Position numbers and translations under genes: made by a program. A DNA stretch of 64,000 nt from Longimicrobiales bacterium (lineage in GTDB: Bacteria; Gemmatimonadota; Gemmatimonadetes; Longimicrobiales; Gaopeijiaceae). Shown piece by piece: positions 62,189 through 64,000 of the stretch; position 1 is the first letter of the stretch; every line of letters begins with the position of its first letter. The stretch spans positions 896,001 through 960,000 of the forward strand of contig CBDAON010000004.1 in the NCBI GenBank assembly GCA_965198065.1, read 5' to 3'. A model generated the notes under the pieces. The model saw only the letters and a list, made by a program, of their open reading frames with translations. It had not been told where the DNA came from and searched no databases.

Positions 62189-63184
62189 ATGACGCCCGAC
62201 GACCCTCGATCGAACGACCCCGGTCCCTCCGACCCGGCCCGAGCCACCCGAATCCTCAAGGACATCTCCCAGCGCGCCTGGGAGCACCCGGCGGACCGTG
62301 CGGCGCTCACCACGCTTCGGGCGATCCCCGTCTTCGACCAGGTCCTCAAGGCGCTCTTCGGGGTCCTCGGGGAAAAGCCGATCCGACTCGCCTTCCAGGC
62401 CAACTCGGTGCGGGTGACCCCCACGCAGTTCCCCCGGGTCCACGGGCTCTACCAGGAAGTGCTCCGCACGCTCGACGCTCCGGAAGAGTACCCTCTCTTC
62501 GTCACCCAGACCCCGTTCGTGAACGCGGGAGCATACGGGATGAACCGGCCGTTCATCATCCTGAACTCCGCGACGATCATCCTCCTGGACGACGACGAGC
62601 TCCGCTACATCCTCGCCCACGAGGTCGGCCACGTGCTGAGCGGGCACGTGCTCTACCACACGATGACGGTCATCCTCATCCGGCTGGCCCAGATGGGGTT
62701 CCCGATCGTGGGGCTCACGGCCCGGGCGGTCCTGCTCGCACTCCTCGAGTGGCACCGGAAGAGCGAACTGTCGTCGGACCGGGCCGCGCTCCTCGGGGTG
62801 CAGGACCCCGAGGTCGTGTTCCGCGCCATGCTCACGATGGCCGGGGGGGTCGATCGCTCGGAGACGAACGTGACCGCCTTCCTTGAGCAGGCGGAGGCCT
62901 ACCGGGAAAGCGAGGACGTGGCGGACTCGGCCTTCAAGGTCCTGAACCTCCTCGCCGTGACCCACCCGTTCTACGTGCTCCGAGTCTCCGATCTGAGACG
63001 CTGGATCGAAGGCGGCGGCTACGACCGGATCCTCCGCGACGAGTATCCGCGGCGTGGAGAGCCCGAGCCCGGCTACGTGGAAGACCTGCGCGCCGCCGCA
63101 GCCGCGTACGGGGAGGAGGCGAAGGACTTTCTGGGCGATCTCACCGCAGCCGCCAGGAAGATGCGGGAGACCCTTAGGATCTGA
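62189..63184 (+). CDS. M48-family zinc metallopeptidase
   Basis: WEHPADRAAL, LAHEVGH, SELSSDRA and THP. Confidence 0.9.
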   Translation: MTPDDPRSNDPGPSDPARATRILKDISQRAWEHPADRAALTTLRAIPVFDQVLKALFGVLGEKPIRLAFQANSVRVTPTQFPRVHGLYQEVLRTLDAPEEYPLFVTQTPFVNAGAYGMNRPFIILNSATIILLDDDELRYILAHEVGHVLSGHVLYHTMTVILIRLAQMGFPIVGLTARAVLLALLEWHRKSELSSDRAALLGVQDPEVVFRAMLTMAGGVDRSETNVTAFLEQAEAYRESEDVADSAFKVLNLLAVTHPFYVLRVSDLRRWIEGGGYDRILRDEYPRRGEPEPGYVEDLRAAAAAYGEEAKDFLGDLTAAARKMRETLRI

Positions 63185-63243
63185 GCGTCTCCGGCCGCGC
63201 GCCGTCTTTGACGGAGCCGGTCTCTCCCGGGTACGATTGGCCC

Positions 63244-64000
63244 ATGAAGATCTTCCTCGTGGGCAACGGGGGACGCGAGCACGCGCTCCTCTGGAAGCTC
63301 AGGCAGGACGCCCCCGCCTCGGCGGAGTTCTACGCCACCGAGCCGAATCCGGGAATGGCCGAGCTGGCCCATCCGGTCGAGATCCCCCCGACGGACGTGG
63401 ACGGTCTCTCGTCCTGGGCCGAGGGGCAGGGCGTCACGCTCACCGTCGTGGGCCCCGAGATCCCGCTGTCCCTGGGAATCGTCGAAGCGTTCCGCCGGCG
63501 TACCCTTCCGATCTTCGGCCCCACGTCCACCGCGGCCCGCATCGAGACCTCGAAGGCCTATGCGAAGGACCTGATGGCCCGGGCTGGAGTTCCCACGGCC
63601 GCGCATCGCACGTTCACGAGGTGGTCCGAGGCGTCCGCCCATCTCCGCGAGAGGGGAGCGCCGGTGGTGGTCAAGGCGTCCGGCCTGGCCGCGGGTAAGG
63701 GCGCCATCCCGTGCGCCACCGTCGAGGAGTCGCTGACCTCTGCACGCGACATGCTCGAGGAACGCGTATTCGGAGACGCCGGCTCGGAGGTCGTGATCGA
63801 GGAGCTCCTGGAGGGCGAGGAACTGTCCGTCTTCGGGATCACAGACGGCCGGGACATCGTGCTCCTCCTCCCGTCCCAGGATCACAAGCGGGTCGGCGAG
63901 GGGGACACGGGCCCGAACACGGGGGGCATGGGCGCGTACGCCCCGGTTCCCTGGGTTGAGGACGATCTGCTCCAGGAAGTGAAGGAGCGGATCTTCCTTC
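63244..64000 (+). CDS. purD: Phosphoribosylamine--glycine ligase, 3'-partial
   Basis: MKIFLVGNGGREHAL, VVGPE, VVKASGLAAGKG and QDHKRVGEGDTGPNTGGMGAY. Confidence 0.97.
   Translation, partial: MKIFLVGNGGREHALLWKLRQDAPASAEFYATEPNPGMAELAHPVEIPPTDVDGLSSWAEGQGVTLTVVGPEIPLSLGIVEAFRRRTLPIFGPTSTAARIETSKAYAKDLMARAGVPTAAHRTFTRWSEASAHLRERGAPVVVKASGLAAGKGAIPCATVEESLTSARDMLEERVFGDAGSEVVIEELLEGEELSVFGITDGRDIVLLLPSQDHKRVGEGDTGPNTGGMGAYAPVPWVEDDLLQEVKERIFL

Overview
High-GC bacterial DNA in two parts. A Gemmatimonadota origin is inferred from gene content and order, not proven. (1) About 1-33 kb is a decaying accessory hotspot built around a tRNA-Gln(TTG) gene at 25538-25608. It holds pieces of at least six tyrosine integrases, IS3 and IS256 elements, broken ParDE and HicB toxin-antitoxin genes, and ArdC, AlpA and mobC/oriT remnants. 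Cargo includes a lower-GC sucA, an 899-aa coiled-coil protein, an interrupted LRR/Calx-beta surface protein with a dockerin-like tail next to a lipoprotein, a ~1800-aa SF1 helicase-nuclease (probable defence gene), an RnfD/NqrB-like membrane protein with Cys-rich Sel1-like repeats paired with an FGE-domain protein, and a PQQ dehydrogenase. A copy of the tRNA 3' half lies ~1 kb downstream and a copy of its 5' half lies ~7.4 kb upstream, suggesting integration from both sides. (2) About 33-64 kb is core genome: ispE, pdxJ, hflX, rarA, cca, alaS, recA, ccmEF-X-ABCD (CxxxY-type CcmE), glpK, maf, dtd, glmS, glmM, a cystathionine lyase/synthase, an M48 peptidase and the start of purD. No CRISPR array or rRNA was seen. 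All family calls come from motifs read by eye; no searches were run.
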